Assembly (NCBI GenBank): GCA_028534125.1
Contig: CM052818.1
Span: forward strand, 20,586,001-20,650,000
Direction of reading: 5' to 3'
Origin: Lama glama
Taxonomy: Eukaryota
Length of the DNA stretch: 64,000 nucleotides
A program made the translations under genes and the position numbers. Below, piece after piece: positions 62,321 through 64,000 of the stretch (positions are counted from its first letter, which is position 1; each line of letters opens with the position of its first letter). The notes under the pieces are model-generated. The model had not been told where the DNA came from. It ran no database searches and saw only the letters and a list, made by a program, of their open reading frames with translations.

Positions 62321-63194
62321 CTCCTTGCCAGCTACTAAAGCCAGGCTGATTTCATGCTTCAGTGGGTAACTCCCCATTTCAGCTTTATTCATCTTTGTAT
62401 TTGCTTTGTGACTTTGTACTGCTGGGTGATGCCTAAATTTCAGATACTAAGAGAGAAAGGAAATAATCCAGACTCATCAGATGTCTCTAAGAATCCAGGT
62501 GTTTTGTAAAGCACCAATGTGAAACAGGGACCATTACCAGCCTGGAATTTAAGTGGGAATGGGACCTTCCTAGACCAATAGGAAGAATTCTGCCTTCACC
62601 TGGGGCCATGCCTGGGTTAACCTACGACGAGGTGGGCAAACCTTGCTCTCTTCACTGTTACACCTTCTGGAATGGCCTCTTTTCTCGTTCAGGCCTTTAC
62701 TGCCATAGAAGGCTTCGCGCTCTTCCCTCCGATCAAAACTGTCCCCAAAAGATTTGAGGAATCAGTCATTTACCCATGAGTGTATCTGAAGGTCACTGTG
62801 ACCCCAGGACACCTACATTTTAAAGCTCCATCCTCCGATAAAGGGCCGGAGATCTTACTACAGGTGGACTGACAGGGGCATATTTTTGAGCATAAGGAAG
62901 TAAAAGATTCTCTAGAGTGGCTACCAATGTTCTATCCAGTAAAGCAGATCAATTCAACCTTTGAGTTCCTCCAGTTTTTACAAAAAGAAACACAAAGTGC
63001 GTACGCATGTGTGGATGCACACACACTCACTCAAACACAAAATGGAATCTACCCAATAAGGTAGCAGTAGTTACTGGAACATAATTTATTATATAATATT
63101 ACATTATATATATAACATATTATATTTCAGGTCTTGTTCTAGGTGTAAATATAGCATCCTTAATCTTCAAACCTCATTTTCCCTTCTTCCTCAC

Positions 63195-63635
63195 TGTAAG
63201 TGTCCTACGGCCACCACAATAAAGCACCACAAACTGGGTGGTTTAAAACAATGGAAATATATTTCCTTGCAGTTCTAGAGGCTAGAAGTCTGAAATCAAG
63301 GCACTAGCAGGGCAATGGTCCCTTCAAAGCCTCTAAAAGAGATCCCTTCCTTGCCTTCTCCAGCCTCTGGGAGCCCCAAGTGTTCCTTGGCTTGTGACAG
63401 CATGATACCCATCCCTGCCTCCATCCTCATGTAGCCATCTTCTCCCTGTGTCTGTTGCTGGATCCAAATTTCCTCTTTTTATAAGCACCAACCATACTGG
63501 GTTGGAGCCCACTCCAATGACCTCACCAATTGATTACATCTGCAAAGACTCCACTTCCAAATAAGGTCATATTCTGAGATACTAGGGGTTAGGAGTTCAA
63601 TATATCTTTTGAGAGACACAATTCAACTCATCACA
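63195..63635 (-). mobile_element. MLT1 (MaLR) solo LTR
   Basis: TG...CA ends; accacaaactgggtggtttaaaacaa...cagttctagaggctagaagtctgaaatcaagg...tacatctgcaaagac...ccaaataaggtcatattctgag. Confidence 0.92.
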
Positions 63636-64000
63636 CCCCACCTATGAGCCAGTGGTGACCTCAAGGTCCTACACGGTCCCAGTCAAAGCAAAGTTCATTT
63701 CATTCCCTAGATTATCCTCAGCCAAGCGGAACACAGACTCAAATGCCTTGCAGAAATCAATCACATCAAAGATGGATGGTGCTGTGCTTCTCCCTGCTGC
63801 TCCCCCTGCTTCAAATCTCTTCTCTCCCATCCACGGAGTTCAAGCACCTGATCCCGAGGAGCCTTCCTGACCTCCCAGCCTGGGTGGGAACTCCCTCCTT
63901 CAGGATCTCTGCACACCATCTGTCTCTCCCTCATCACCCTCATCACTATTGCAATTTTCCATTTGCTCTGGGATTATTTGATAGATGTCTTGCATCTTCC

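Noticed and set aside
1..64000. CRISPR arrays, operons or other prokaryotic/viral systems
   Set aside because: No regularly spaced repeat-spacer array or gene-dense segment; the sequence is mammalian repeat-rich non-coding DNA throughout.

Overview
Mammalian (eutherian) non-coding DNA, most likely from a camelid. It carries three tRNA-Ala-derived SINEs resembling the camelid Vic-1 family, plus cetartiodactyl-type L1 3' ends. I could not recognise any host protein-coding exon or true RNA gene. The ORF track is almost all spurious; the exceptions are L1 ORF2 remnants and one Tigger7/MER44 transposase N-terminal remnant. The window is a mosaic of MIR, L2, L1, hAT-Charlie, Tigger and LTR relics, with TE-poor islands that look regulatory. 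It is plausibly a large intron of a minus-strand gene (inference). The most notable items are: (1) a 122-bp TSD-flanked retrocopy of an unidentified polyadenylated 3' end that looks Charlie-derived; (2) a clear twin-primed inverted L1 insertion; (3) a tailless internal L1 ORF2 insert; (4) a diverged ~130-bp local duplication with a perfect 24-bp DR1-like core; (5) a candidate minus-strand exon. I found no evidence for a genuinely new biological system. Repeat family names are recalled from consensus sequences, not from database searches, and boundaries of old repeats are approximate.
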